64,000 nt of DNA from Candidatus Sulfomarinibacteraceae bacterium (GCA_963796455.1 CAWCLO010000001.1:864001-928000), one strand, 5' to 3'. Positions 33,391 to 44,767 are shown, counted from the first letter of the stretch. Numbers and translations: made by a program. The notes: generated by a model not told the origin, from the sequence alone.

Positions 33391-34587
33391 ATGGACCAAA
33401 AATCACCTTCCGACATCCTTGCGGCCGCACAGGAGATTCTGCCCTGGATGATCGAGATGCGCCGCGATCTTCACCAGCACCCCGAGCTCGGTCTCGAAGA
33501 ACATCGCACCAGCGCCAAGATCCAGGAGCTGCTCGACGAGATGGGGATCGAACACGTCGATGGGCTGGGTGGCACCGGTATTCTCGGTCTCATCCGCGGT
33601 GAGGGTGAAGGCAAAGTCGTGGCGCTGCGGGGGGATATGGACGCCTTACCGATTCAGGACGAAAAGGACGTTCCATACGCCTCGACGATCCCCGGCAAGA
33701 TGCACGCCTGCGGTCACGACGTGCACACCACCGTGCTGCTCGGCGCGGCCAAGCTGCTCGCAAATGAGAAAGCCTCCTTCCCCGGAACCATCAAGCTGCT
33801 CTTTCAGCCGGCTGAGGAAACTGTGGGGGGGGCCAAACTCCTGATCGCGGCCGGGGCCCTCGATGACCCGCGAGTCGATGCGATTTTCGGCCTCCATGTG
33901 GACCCGAATCTCGCGGTCGGCACGGTGGGACTCCACTTCGGACAACGCAACGCATCTTCCGACAACCTCGAAATCATCGTTCATGGAAAGTCGGCCCACG
34001 GGGCCTACCCCTTCGGCGGTGTAGACGCGATCGTGGCCGCGGCTCAGGTCATCACCTCGCTGCAATCAATCATGAGCCGCAACGTGGATGCCCAGGAGGC
34101 CGCTGTGGTCAGCCTGGGAATCATCCGCGGCGGGACCCAGGCGAATATCGTGGCGGACCGCGTGGAGCTGACAGGCACCGTTCGCTGCGCGAACCAGACG
34201 ATTCGCAAACTGGTGTTGCGCCGGATCAAGGAAACGGCCGAAGGCGTGGCACTTGGAATGGGGGCCCGCGCCGAGGTCAATATCGAAGCCAGCTACGACC
34301 CGGTGGTCAACGATGAGTCCATGATCGAAATCGTCCACGCGAACTCGAAGAAACTCCTGGGCGAGGATGGAATCGTCACCTTCAAAAAACCCAATATGGG
34401 GGTCGAGGATTTCGGCTACTACCTGAGTGAGGTTCCGGGTGCGTTCTACTCGGTTGGGGTACGCAACGAGGCCGCGGGCATTGTTCACCCGGTTCACCAG
34501 GGGCTCTTCGACGTCGACGAGAACGCCATGGCGATCGCGGTCACCCTGCAGATCCTCAACGCCATGGCGGTGTTGGCACCATGCTGA
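33391..34587 (+). CDS. M20D-family amidohydrolase
   Basis: HQHPELG, LRGDMDALP, MHACGHD, FQPAEE, GKSAHG, GVEDF. Confidence 0.93.
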   Translation: MDQKSPSDILAAAQEILPWMIEMRRDLHQHPELGLEEHRTSAKIQELLDEMGIEHVDGLGGTGILGLIRGEGEGKVVALRGDMDALPIQDEKDVPYASTIPGKMHACGHDVHTTVLLGAAKLLANEKASFPGTIKLLFQPAEETVGGAKLLIAAGALDDPRVDAIFGLHVDPNLAVGTVGLHFGQRNASSDNLEIIVHGKSAHGAYPFGGVDAIVAAAQVITSLQSIMSRNVDAQEAAVVSLGIIRGGTQANIVADRVELTGTVRCANQTIRKLVLRRIKETAEGVALGMGARAEVNIEASYDPVVNDESMIEIVHANSKKLLGEDGIVTFKKPNMGVEDFGYYLSEVPGAFYSVGVRNEAAGIVHPVHQGLFDVDENAMAIAVTLQILNAMAVLAPC

Positions 34588-35810
34588 ACAAGGTCTGGGG
34601 CGCCTTCTTTCTGGTGGCCTTTGTGGTCGGACTCTGGAAATCGGTGTTTTTCGGCGACTACGGAGTGTGGGCGGCCATGGTCGGCGCGGCCTTCGACATG
34701 GCCAAGGTCGGCTTCGAGATCGCCCTCGGGCTCACCGGAATCATGTGTCTGTGGCTGGGCATCATGCGACTCGGTGAGAAGGGCGGCGCCGTCGACCTCA
34801 TGGCTCGCGCCTTCGGTCCGTTGTTGCGGCGGCTTTTTCCGGGTATTCCCGACGGCCATCCGGCCATGGGTTCAATCGTCATGAACATGGCGGCGAATAT
34901 GTTGGGCCTCGACAACGCTGCCACCCCGCTGGGCCTCAAGGCAATGAACGAACTGCAGGAACTCAATCCCGAACCTGAAGAAGCCAGCAACGATCAGATT
35001 CTCTTTCTGGTCCTCAACACCTCCGCCGTGACCGTCATCCCGGTGACGATCTTCGTTTACCGGGCGCAGATGGGGGCGGCCGACCCGACCGACGTCTTCA
35101 TCCCCATGCTCATCGCGACCTTCTGCTCGACGATGGTAGGACTCACGGTCACCGCAACCGTGCAGCGGCTGAAGCTCTGGGACCCGGTGATCATGGCCTA
35201 TCTCGGCGGATTGACGGCACTGGTTGTGGGAATGACCCTGTATTTTTCCCGACTCGACCGCGAAACCATGGAGCTCCAGAGCTCGGTGCTCTCGAACTTC
35301 GTGATCTTTTCGGTCATCGTGAGCTTTGTGTTCTTGGCGGCCCGCCGCAGTCTGCCTCTCTACGACGTGTTTGTCGATGGGGCCAAGGACGGCTTCAAGG
35401 TCGCGGTGAGCATCATTCCCTATCTGGTGGCGATGCTGGTGGCCATCGGGATCGTGCGGGCGAGCGGGGCCCTCGATCTCCTGCTCGATGGGGTTCGGTG
35501 GTCGGTGAGCCTGGTCGGAATGGACACCAGGTGGGTGGACGGCCTTCCCACAGCACTGATGCGGCCCCTGTCCGGAAGCGGAGCGCGCGGGCTCATGCTC
35601 GAGACCATGGAGGCCCACGGCGCCGACTCCTTCGCCGGACGATTGGTCAGCGTGATCCAGGGCAGTACCGAAACCACCTTTTATATCCTCGCTGTTTACT
35701 TCGGATCCGTTGGAATCCGCAGGACCCGGCATGCATTGCCCTGCGGGCTGGTGGCGGACGTCACAGGGGCCATTGCGGCGATTCTCCTTTGTTATGTGTT
35801 CTTTGGCTGA
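34581..35810 (+). CDS. SpmA/SpmB fused membrane protein (nucleoside recognition/gate domain)
   Basis: ANMLGLDNAATPLGLKAM, FVDGAKDGF, RPLSGSGARG, QGSTETTFY..AVYFGSVGI. Confidence 0.9.
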   Translation: MLNKVWGAFFLVAFVVGLWKSVFFGDYGVWAAMVGAAFDMAKVGFEIALGLTGIMCLWLGIMRLGEKGGAVDLMARAFGPLLRRLFPGIPDGHPAMGSIVMNMAANMLGLDNAATPLGLKAMNELQELNPEPEEASNDQILFLVLNTSAVTVIPVTIFVYRAQMGAADPTDVFIPMLIATFCSTMVGLTVTATVQRLKLWDPVIMAYLGGLTALVVGMTLYFSRLDRETMELQSSVLSNFVIFSVIVSFVFLAARRSLPLYDVFVDGAKDGFKVAVSIIPYLVAMLVAIGIVRASGALDLLLDGVRWSVSLVGMDTRWVDGLPTALMRPLSGSGARGLMLETMEAHGADSFAGRLVSVIQGSTETTFYILAVYFGSVGIRRTRHALPCGLVADVTGAIAAILLCYVFFG

Positions 35811-35959
35811 AACTGTCACGGAAATGTCATGGACAGGCGCCCCGGTTCCGGGTTAATCTCTTCAGACGCCATGGATACGCATAGCTGGATTCCATCGACA
35901 GAGGCGCCCGATCAGACAGCGGAGGACGGCGCCATCTCGATCGGCCGACACTGGTCGGA

Positions 35960-36953
35960 GTGGTACCGGTGATCGAGACGAGGAATCACTCACAGCACCC
36001 CCCGGCGTCCCCCCGGAAGGACAATGAATGGGGCGCTCTGCAGACCGAAGCCTCGAACCCTGACTCAGAAAACCTCGACACGCTCACGACGGAAGAGGTG
36101 GTTTCACTGCTCCTCGAGGAGGACCGTCGCGGGCTCGAGATCGCCCTCCGCAACCGGTTGCACATCGCCCGGGCCGCATCCTGGGTCGCCGAGGCCCTCG
36201 ATGCCGGTGCTTCGGTGGTTTTTGCCGGCGCCGGAACCAGCGGCCGGCTCGGGATTCTGGAAGCCGCCGAGTGCCCCCCGACCTTCGGGACCGACCCACA
36301 GCAAATTCGAGCAGCCATCGCAGGCGGGCCCGAGGCAGTATTTGCGGCCCGCGAAGGCGCCGAAGATATCGCAGAGGATGGTGCCCGAGCTGCCGCCGAA
36401 CTGGGAACCGACGATGTGCTGATCGCCATCTCGGCGAGTTCGGTGACGCCCTTTGCCCTCGGCGCCCTGGAATCGGCGCGGAGCCTCGGTGCGCGGACCA
36501 TCCTGGTCACCTGCGCCCCGCCCGACGGGATCTCGGCGGTCGCCGATCTCGTTCTGGCTCTCGACACGGGCCCCGAGGTGCTCACCGGTTCGACGCGGCT
36601 CAAAGCCGGCTCGGCGACCAAGGCGGTACTCAACGCCATCACCACCGCGGCGATGGTGCGTCTCGGCAAGGTCTACGGCAACTTCATGGTCGATCTGCGC
36701 CCCGGTTCGGCGAAACTCCGGGACCGGGCGCTGCGAATCATCGAGACAGCTGGAGACGTTTCCCGCGAAGAGGCGGAGCGGCTTCACCGATGCCGCCGAT
36801 TCGGAGGTCAAGACGGCGATCGTCATGGCGCTTTGCAGACTCGGAGCCGAGCCATCTCGCGAGCGGTTGCGGGTGGCGGGAGGTCACGTCCGGAGGGCTG
36901 TGGCAGCCGGTTCGGGAGTTGAGGACGGTCGCTCGTCCTCGAGCAACAAATGA
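35960..36953 (+). CDS. murQ: N-acetylmuramic acid 6-phosphate etherase; frameshift near 36790, start uncertain
   Basis: TEASNP, GAGTSGRLG, ECPPTFG, EGAED, GPEVLTGSTRLKAG, GKVYGNFMVDL. Confidence 0.95.
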
Positions 36954-37061
36954 TCGGATCTTTGTATTTTTTCTGCGTTCCCAACTCGGCTCCGATACGC
37001 GGGGTTTCGAGTCTTCGATTTTTTCATGGTGCGCAATAAAGGTAGGAAACGGGAGGTAGAT

Positions 37062-39951
37062 ATGAAAAGAACGTCAGTCGCGATTCTTGGAATGATGTTG
37101 CTGTGCTCGGTAGCAGGCGCGCAGCAGTTGCAGACGGGTGGCATCGCGGGCACCGTCACCCTGGAGGACGGTTCGCCTCTCCCGGGTGTCTTGGTCTCCG
37201 CCGTCGCCGATGTCATGCCAAAGGCGCGGTCCACAGTGACCGACTCCAACGGCGCGTACCGGTTGCCGGCGATGCCTCCCGGCGACTACAACTGACCTTC
37301 GCCTTGTCGGGATTCGCCACCGAGACAGCGAGAATTCCCGGTCGCTCTGCAGCAGAAGGCGATCATCAATGTCGCCATGAGGGACGCCACCTTCGAGGGC
37401 GAGATCATGGTCACCGCCGAAACTCCGACCATCGACACCACCTCGGCGGAGCTCAAAGGCTCCATCGGCGAGCAAACGATCCAGGCGCTGCCGGTCGGCC
37501 AGCAGTACCGCGATCTGATCAAGCTGATCCCGGGCGTGCAGTACTCCGAGGACACGGTGCGCGGGCCCTCGGCCGGCGGCAACGGCCAGGACAACGTCTA
37601 CGAGTTCGACGGGGTCGGCGTCAATTTGCCGCTCTTCGGCACCCTGGCGACCCAGCCCGCCGCGCAGGACGTCGAGGAGATGGCGGTAGTCAAGGGCGGC
37701 GCCAACGCCGTCGGCTTCAACCGCTCCGGTGGATTCCTGGTCAACACCCTGAGCAAGTCCGGCTCCAACCAGTTCCACGGTGAAGCTCAACTACCAGTTC
37801 CAGACCGCCGGCATGACCGGCTCGGTCACCGACGAGAGCTCGGAAGACGTTCGACGATGACAAGGATTGGCTGGTGGCCAACATCGGTGGTCCCATCGTC
37901 CGGGACAACCTCTTCTTCTTCGCCTCCTACTACCGCCCCACGACCAGTCGGACCAACCGCGAAAACGCCTACGGCAACGCGCCCGACTGCGACGAGGTCC
38001 GCGACGAGTACTTCATCAAGCTGAACTGGGCCCCGACCAACTCCCTGATGTTCAACGGCAGCTACCGCAACTCCCAGATCGATCGAGCAGGGTTTCGGCG
38101 TCGGTCGAGTTTTCGGCGGGCACCACCTCCAGCGGCAATGACAGCGAACTCGAGATCGCAGTCGTCGAGGGAAGCTGGGTGGTATCTGACAACGGCCTCT
38201 TCAACTTCAAGGCCTCCGACTTCAGCAACCCGGGCTCGGGCACCCCGGACAACATCTTGGACCTCCAGATCGGTGAGGGCGTGGCGCTCGACGTCAACAA
38301 CCTCGACCAGCAGGGCCACTTCATCGTGCCGGACTATATCGATGGGGAAGACGCGTTCAACGCCTTTGTCGATCCGCTCATCCAGCAGTACGGCTATCTC
38401 GACAACGGCGTGCGCACGGGCGGCGGTGACGTCGGAGTCGACGATACCTTCGACGCCAACGATTTCTACAGCCAGAGCTTCCAGATCGGCTACGACCACT
38501 ACATCGGCAAGCACGAGCTCCACATCGGCTACCGGTAGGAGAAGGGCGAGGAGGACCTGTACCGCACGTCGAACGGCTGGGGCCTGATCTACGTCACCGG
38601 CGGCATCGATCCCGACTACGGCGAGGATGTCTATTACCGGGGGCAGTTCTGGCAACAGACCCTGAGCGACGAGGTCCCCACCATCCACTCCGAGCTCAAG
38701 ACCCAGAGCATCGAGCTCAACGACCAGATCCGGCTCAAGGACTGGACCATCAATGTCGGCCTCGTGTTCTCGAACGACACCCTCTACGGCCAGGGCCTGA
38801 AGAAGAACTCGAGCAACGTCTCCGGCTTCGAGCTGTGCACCACGTGCATCTACGAGATGAAGGATGTCGGCTGGGGCGAGATGATCTCGCCGCGGCTGGC
38901 GTGCGACCTGGAGCCCGAACGGCAAGGACTCCGCTCTACGCGAGCTATGCCCGCTACTACCCGGCCGCCACCTCGCTGCCGCGCGCGGCATCCTGGGCGC
39001 GCAACCTCGCCCGCGAGATCAACGCCACCTTCGACGCCGACGGCAACTTCATCGAGTTCAGCCCGCTGCGGGCCTCCTCGGGCAAGTTCTTCCAGGAGGG
39101 CATCGACCCGCGCTCCATCGACGAGTTCCTCGTCGGCTACTCCAAGCAGATCTCGAACGAGCTGGACCGGCCGCTTCTACGGCCGCTACCGCAAGGGCCA
39201 GGACTTCTGGGAGGACACCTGGAACTGGGACCGCGTCGAGGGAAACCCGCCCGAGGGGGTTCCGCAGCGAGCCCTACATCCCCGAGCTCAACGATTATCG
39301 TGAGGAGGTCGGCGGCTCCTCCTACGTCATCGCCGCAGCTCGACGGCGCCTTCACCAAGTACTACGAGCTCAGCGCCGAGGCGGAGTACCGCGGCCCGAA
39401 CCTCTTCGTCCGCGGCTCCTACGTGTGGAGCCACTACTACGGCAACTTCGACCAGGACAACACAACCGTCGGCAACGACGCCAATGTCTTCATCGGGTCG
39501 TCGTACCTCGCCGACGGTACGGGCCGCCAGATCTGGCAGAACCGCGTACGGAAACCTGCGTGGCGACCGCCGCCACCAGCTCAAGATCTACGGGTTCTAC
39601 AACTTCAATTGGAACGGCACCCTCGGCGCCTACGCCATCTACCAGTCGGGCCAACCCTGGGAGACCTGGGGCCCGAGCGAGTTTTACAGCGGCAGTTTCT
39701 TCACCAGCCGCTACGCCGAGCCGGCGGGCTCCAACATCACCTCGTCTCACTCCCAGCTCGATCTCAGCTACACCCAGAACTTCCCGATGGGCAACCGCTA
39801 CAACATCCTGCTGCGAGGCGAAATCTTCAACGCCTTGGACAACCAGACCGGCTACAACGTCGAGCCCCGCGTCAATGACGCGGGCTACGGTGACCCGCGG
39901 TCCTGGTTCGATCCCCGCCGCTTTCAGATGACGGTCGCGTTCCAGTTCTAA
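37062..39951 (+). CDS. TonB-dependent receptor (Oar-like, N-terminal carboxypeptidase regulatory-like domain); many frameshifts and one in-frame TAG
   Basis: SD GGAGG and signal peptide; GSPLPGV, TLSKSGSNQFHG, IGGPIVRDNLFFFASY, SPRL, C-terminal PRRFQMTVAFQF. Confidence 0.88.
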
Positions 39952-39979
39952 GACAAACCGGGTACGTACCCACAACTAC

Positions 39980-40011
39980 AGGAGCCGGGCATCAGCCCGG
40001 CTCCTTTTTTT
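39980..40011 (+). terminator. Intrinsic terminator
   Basis: AGGAGCCGGGC-ATCA-GCCCGGCTCCT followed by a T run, 30 nt after the stop. Confidence 0.9.
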
Positions 40012-40072
40012 GAGGCCTGGGGCTTGAGGCTTGAGGACCAGGCGCTGGTTGCTAGATGCTGGATGCTGGATT
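40010..40072. repeat. Degenerate heptamer runs (TTGAGGC)n and (GATGCTG)n
   Basis: TTGAGGCCTGGGGCTTGAGGCTTGAGG and GCTAGATGCTGGATGCTGGAT; the second is the family A terminal heptamer. Confidence 0.65.
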
Positions 40073-40133
40073 CACCCAACCCCAACTCTAGTCGTCGGCG
40101 AGAACCCGTTGAACCCGAGAACCGCAATTCCTT

Positions 40134-40208
40134 TGTAGGCGGGTCCTTCAGGGCCCGCAAACGAAGGGTTCAATGCCGTTCTCGCGCACCCTAAAGGATG
40201 CGCCTACA
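40134..40208. repeat. GTAG-type REP doublet
   Basis: TGTAGGCGGGTCCTTCAGGGCCCGC ... GCGCACCCTAAAGGATGCGCCTACA. Confidence 0.8.
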
Positions 40209-40245
40209 GAGAGGACCGGCCGGAAATCCCCGTCGAGGGTATTGT

Positions 40246-41403
40246 TCAATCCGAAGCCAAGACTCTGTCGACCCTCGGGCCCAGGGAGGTCCAGATCTCG
40301 TAGGGGATGGTGTCGCAGAGCTCGGACCACTCCCACGCGCCGATGGTGTCGCCCCCGAGCTGCCCTTCCTGCGAACCGAGGAGAACCGTCTCGTCCCCGA
40401 CCCGGATGTTGTCGTCGGCGAGGACCGAGACCAGATCCATGCTCACCCTGCCGATCACCGGAAACGAGTCGCCGCGGATCAGGACCCTGCCTCGATTCCC
40501 CAGAGAGCGCCGGAATCCGTCGGCATAACCGGCGGCCAGAACCGCGACCCGCACCGATCGGTCTCCTTCTACGATCCAGGTGCCGCCATAACCCACGGCA
40601 TCACCGGGGGCCATGGTCCTGACCTCGATGACCCGGGTCGTCCACCTACCGACGGGGGCCAAGCGATTCCCTGCCGGCGTGTCGTGCTGCCATCGTGAAG
40701 GGGCAGCTCCATAGAGCATGACTCCCGGCCGAACGACCGTGGTGCCGTCACCGATTTCGGTGTGGCCCAGGGCACGCTGCAAGAGCGCCCCGCTGTTGCA
40801 CGAGTGGATCGCCGCTGCCCGGACAACATGTTTCGGGAGCCGGGAGAGCATCCTGCGAAAACAACTCTCCTGCCCTGTGGTCGGTGTGAGGTCCTGCTCG
40901 TCGGAGGAGGCGAAGTGAGTCATGATTCCCACGACCCGGAGGTTTTCAGAAGAACCCAGAACCGTCATCATGTCCGGGAGACTCCGCTCCTGGATGCCCA
41001 GCCTCCCCATCCCGGTGTCCAGCTTGAGTTCGATTTCGAACGCTCCGGAGCTTCCAACCCGGTCTGCGAGCAGACGCAGCTCATCAGGGGAGCTGATGGC
41101 GGGGATGAGCCTGGCCTCGCGTACGGCATCGAAAAAATCCGCGTTCTCCCACTCCTTTGTTCCGCTCGCCAGGTAGATCGGAAAATCGCAATTGAGCCAT
41201 GACCGCAGGCGGAGCCCCTCCTCGAGGGTGGCAACCCCCAGTTCGTCCGAATGTTCCACAAACACGTCGATCAACTCGTGCAACCCATGGCCGTACGCGT
41301 TCGCCTTGACCATCGCCCTGACCCGCGCACCGGCGGGCGCCCATTCGCGGGCAAGCCTGAGGTTGTTCGACAACGCATCGGGATCGAGAATGAGTTGACT
41401 CAG
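40246..41403 (-). CDS. alr: Alanine racemase (start possibly CTG at 41403)
   Basis: MVKANAYGHG, KLDTGMGRLG, MTHFASSD, VRPG..LYG, VGYG, GYADG, GRVSMD, TIPYE. Confidence 0.93.
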   Translation of the reverse strand: MSQLILDPDALSNNLRLAREWAPAGARVRAMVKANAYGHGLHELIDVFVEHSDELGVATLEEGLRLRSWLNCDFPIYLASGTKEWENADFFDAVREARLIPAISSPDELRLLADRVGSSGAFEIELKLDTGMGRLGIQERSLPDMMTVLGSSENLRVVGIMTHFASSDEQDLTPTTGQESCFRRMLSRLPKHVVRAAAIHSCNSGALLQRALGHTEIGDGTTVVRPGVMLYGAAPSRWQHDTPAGNRLAPVGRWTTRVIEVRTMAPGDAVGYGGTWIVEGDRSVRVAVLAAGYADGFRRSLGNRGRVLIRGDSFPVIGRVSMDLVSVLADDNIRVGDETVLLGSQEGQLGGDTIGAWEWSELCDTIPYEIWTSLGPRVDRVLASD

Positions 41404-42911
41404 GGCTGCTCCTCTCCGGGGACGGCCTCTCCTTCGGTCTCGGCGAGGATCTCCCTGACGACGGTCCGGTCATCAAAATGGTGGAGTTCCTTGCCCAGGA
41501 TCTGCATCGTCTCGTGCCCCTTGCCCGCAACGAGCAGAATATCCCCTTCGCCTACCAAAGCCAGAGCTCTGGCGATCGCCGCCCGTCGATCGGGCTCGAC
41601 CTCGTAGGAACCGGCTCCCTCACTCATCCCGGAAATGACCTCGTCGATAATAGCCATCGGGTCTTCGGTCCGGGGATTGTCCGAAGTCAGGATGGCCAGA
41701 TCACTGTAACGCTGGGCGAAGCCACCCATGACCGGCCGCTTGGACCGGTCTCTGTCTCCACCGCAGCCGAAGACCGTGATGATCCTCCGGTGTGGGAGGG
41801 CATTCAAGCTCTTGAGCACCTGATACAGACCGTCGGAGGTGTGGGCAAAATCCACCAGGATCCGCGCGCCTCGCGAATTCACGATCGGCTCGAGCCTGCC
41901 GGGGATCGTTGTCGGCGATTCCAAGCCCCCACAAATGGCTTCCTCGTCCACATCCAGGGCGATCCCCATCCCAGCCGCACCAAGCATGTTGTAGAGGTTG
42001 TGCTCGCCGACATGGGGGCAGCGAATCCTCCGACTCCAGTCCGGGGTTTGGAGGTCGAACACAGTCTGCTCCGGAGAAAGCCGGATGTCGCCCGCCGTGA
42101 TGTGCACCCCCGATCCGAGGCCGAAGGAGAGTCGGCGCTCACCTGGCAGCCGATCAAACAAGTTCCGCCCGTGAGGGTCATCCGTATTGATGACACCTAT
42201 GCCCCCTTCTTCGAGATGCCTTTCGAACAAGACCGCTTTGGCCTCCCCATAGTCCTCGAGGTCGCGATGAAAATCGAGGTGTTCCGGAGAAAGATTCGTG
42301 AAGACCGCCGCCCTATAGAAGAGACCGTCCACCCGATGGAGGACCAGCCCGTGGGAGGAGACTTCCATCGAAACGTGGCGCACACCGTCCTTTCGAATCT
42401 CGTGCAGGAGCCGGTGAAGATCCAGAGCCAGGGGGGTGGTGTTTCGCGCCTTCAGACTTTGATCCTTCCAGCGGTACTGAATCGTCCCGATCACGGCGGA
42501 GGGCACTCCGGCCGCGCTCCAGATGGCCTCCAGGAGATAGGTCGAGCTGGTCTTGCCGTTGGTGCCGGTAAACCCTGCCAGGGTCATCTCGCGAGCCGGG
42601 TGGCCAAAAAACTCAGCTGCCAGCACGGGCATCGCCGCCAGCGTGTCCCTCACCCGAACGCAAGGAAGAGACGAGTCTGGTGGGATCTCCTCCACCACCG
42701 CCATCGCGGCCCCGCCGGACTCGGCGGCGGCCAGGAAGCGGTGTCCATCGGTTTGAGTGCCCCGCAGAGCGATAAAACAGGTCCCCGGCTTCACCTCCCG
42801 GGAATCGTAGGCGAGGGCCTCGATGTAGGTAGGCAGCACTCCACGGGTCTCCAGTACCTCGACCCCGTTCAGAAGCCGTTTTGTATCGAACATCTCTGAC
42901 ACTTGTCCCAT
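41400..42911 (-). CDS. murE: MurE ligase (UDP-MurNAc-L-Ala-D-Glu:mDAP)
   Basis: DSR, GFTGTNGKTS, TTP, MEVSSHGL, FTNLS.EHLDFH, VFGCGGDRD, SDNPRTE, AGKGHE. Confidence 0.93.
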   Translation of the reverse strand: MGQVSEMFDTKRLLNGVEVLETRGVLPTYIEALAYDSREVKPGTCFIALRGTQTDGHRFLAAAESGGAAMAVVEEIPPDSSLPCVRVRDTLAAMPVLAAEFFGHPAREMTLAGFTGTNGKTSSTYLLEAIWSAAGVPSAVIGTIQYRWKDQSLKARNTTPLALDLHRLLHEIRKDGVRHVSMEVSSHGLVLHRVDGLFYRAAVFTNLSPEHLDFHRDLEDYGEAKAVLFERHLEEGGIGVINTDDPHGRNLFDRLPGERRLSFGLGSGVHITAGDIRLSPEQTVFDLQTPDWSRRIRCPHVGEHNLYNMLGAAGMGIALDVDEEAICGGLESPTTIPGRLEPIVNSRGARILVDFAHTSDGLYQVLKSLNALPHRRIITVFGCGGDRDRSKRPVMGGFAQRYSDLAILTSDNPRTEDPMAIIDEVISGMSEGAGSYEVEPDRRAAIARALALVGEGDILLVAGKGHETMQILGKELHHFDDRTVVREILAETEGEAVPGEEQP

Positions 42912-42923
42912 GCGGAGCCTTCC

Positions 42924-43961
42924 CTACCAGGTACGGGTGACCTTGAGCAGCCCCCGTGGCGTTTCCGTATCGTAGCCTTTGGCCCGCGTGAGGTGGTAAC
43001 AAAACAGCTGCGCCGGCACGATGCCGACCAATGGGCTCAGCCACTCCGGGAGATCGGCGGGCAACGGCAACGGAGTCTTTGCCCGGGCAAGAGCGGCCTC
43101 GTCGTTCGAAACCATCACAAGCTCTGCCCCGTGCTCTTCGACCAGGCTGGAGAGCATTCGATAAGCATCCTCGAAGACCGCCCCTCTGGGGACCACTGCC
43201 AGGACGGGAAAACCCTGCGACACGATGGCGATGGGGCCGTGTTGAAAATCCGCAGAGGAATAAGACTCTGCAACGACGTAGGTCAGTTCCTTGAGCTTCA
43301 GGGCCCACTCATTTGCGGTCGCGTAGTTGAATCCGCGCCCGATCACCACACACTGGCTCATGTATCGATAGCGCTGAACCGCCCGTTCGATGGCGCCGTC
43401 GAGAGCCAGAGTCTCTTCCATCAGGCGAGGCAGGCTTTCGAGCGCTTCGAAGAGCCGCGCCTCACCCTTCATCGCCGCCGACAACAGGGCGATGGCAAAG
43501 AGCTGCGTGGTGTATGTCTTTGTCGCGGCAATGGCCTGTTCGGGACCGGCGTTTGTTTCGAGAACCAACTCGGCCTGATCCGCAAGCGGCGAGCACGGGT
43601 CGTTCGTGATCGCCAGGGTCAGGGCGCCCTGTCGGCGGCCCTCCTTCACCACGGCGACGATGTCCGGCGATTGGCCCGACTGCGAAATACCTACGACGAG
43701 ACAAGCTTCGAGATCTGGTGGCGTCTTGTAAATCGTAAACAACGATGGGGCGGCCAGAGCCACCGGGAGCCGATTCATCGAGCCCCACAAATATTTTGCA
43801 TAGAGGCCGGCGTTGTCCGAGGTGCCGCGGGCCGCGAGGAAGATGGATTTGACTCCCCGTTCCAGAATCGTCCGGGCGATCTCGCCGGCATGCTCCCTCT
43901 GGGTCTGGAAGAGGCGATCGAGGACCGCCGGTTGTTCGAATATCTCTGATCTCAAGCTCAT
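42924..43961 (-). CDS. Double-SIS-domain glucosamine-6-phosphate deaminase-like protein (GlmS isomerase fold, NagB-II type)
   Basis: MSLRSEIFEQP, ARGTSDNA, ISQSGQSPD, AATKTYT, E.ALKLKE, HGP, PRGLLKVTRT; no glutaminase domain. Confidence 0.88.
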   Translation of the reverse strand: MSLRSEIFEQPAVLDRLFQTQREHAGEIARTILERGVKSIFLAARGTSDNAGLYAKYLWGSMNRLPVALAAPSLFTIYKTPPDLEACLVVGISQSGQSPDIVAVVKEGRRQGALTLAITNDPCSPLADQAELVLETNAGPEQAIAATKTYTTQLFAIALLSAAMKGEARLFEALESLPRLMEETLALDGAIERAVQRYRYMSQCVVIGRGFNYATANEWALKLKELTYVVAESYSSADFQHGPIAIVSQGFPVLAVVPRGAVFEDAYRMLSSLVEEHGAELVMVSNDEAALARAKTPLPLPADLPEWLSPLVGIVPAQLFCYHLTRAKGYDTETPRGLLKVTRTW

Positions 43962-44161
43962 CGCGTCCGGCTTTCTCCAACAGTTATTACCGGCTCGAAA
44001 CTCCGGTTTGGGATTCCAGATCGTGCGAGGACCCGGCCTTGAAAAATGGCCCGTACCCATCGAGTAGTCGCTGCCGAGACAAGTGTACTGCGTCGCGATG
44101 TGATATCTCACCGACGGCAAATGCCTTTGGAAAAATCCTAGTCCGTGCGATCCTTCTTTGA

Positions 44162-44767
44162 ATGGAACACCGACTGTTGAAATCCTCGACTGTATTGTTT
44201 GGACTCCTCCTGACATCCGGCTGCGCAAGCTCGCCTGGGACACCCACCAACCGACCGGCTACGGGTCCGATCCACAGCAACGCGGTTTTTTACGATGGGC
44301 CCGACCTGGTGGCCACGGTGGCCTATATGCGAGGAAAAAACATCGTGGCCGAGGAGTGGTTGATCCTTGCGGCCGAGTTCACGAGCAAACGAGGGAGGGG
44401 GCCGATGGTCATCAACCGGGATGACATCGCGGTTCTCACTCCCGCGGGTGGTCGTCTGGGGCTCATCAGCCAGGACGAGTTCTGGAGCAATACTCCCAGG
44501 TTCCAGATCCCCGTAGAGCGCACCCTCAACTATCTGCCTCTTCTCTACCGTTTCGAGCAGAACAGGGTGCCCTGCGGCCGGTGGTACCTCGTCGATCCCA
44601 GCCTGGCCATCGCCTACGATGAGATCACCGTCAGCTCGTTCGAGCAGTGTTCGGGGCCTTTGATCTTCGAGGTCCCAGGCGGTGTGCAGCCCGGGCGCTG
44701 GCGTCTCGTGATCGAGCTCGAGGAGAGCCGGGCGGACATTCCGTTCGTCATCGAAGTCGAAAACTGA
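44162..44767 (+). CDS. Hypothetical lipoprotein
   Basis: Lipobox LLLTSGC; 201-aa ORF filling the gap. Confidence 0.65.
   Translation: MEHRLLKSSTVLFGLLLTSGCASSPGTPTNRPATGPIHSNAVFYDGPDLVATVAYMRGKNIVAEEWLILAAEFTSKRGRGPMVINRDDIAVLTPAGGRLGLISQDEFWSNTPRFQIPVERTLNYLPLLYRFEQNRVPCGRWYLVDPSLAIAYDEITVSSFEQCSGPLIFEVPGGVQPGRWRLVIELEESRADIPFVIEVEN

Noticed and set aside
38536..38538. Recoded TAG (pyrrolysine or readthrough) in the TonB receptor
   Set aside because: It lies in an error-dense patch and no pyl genes are visible; a base error is more likely.
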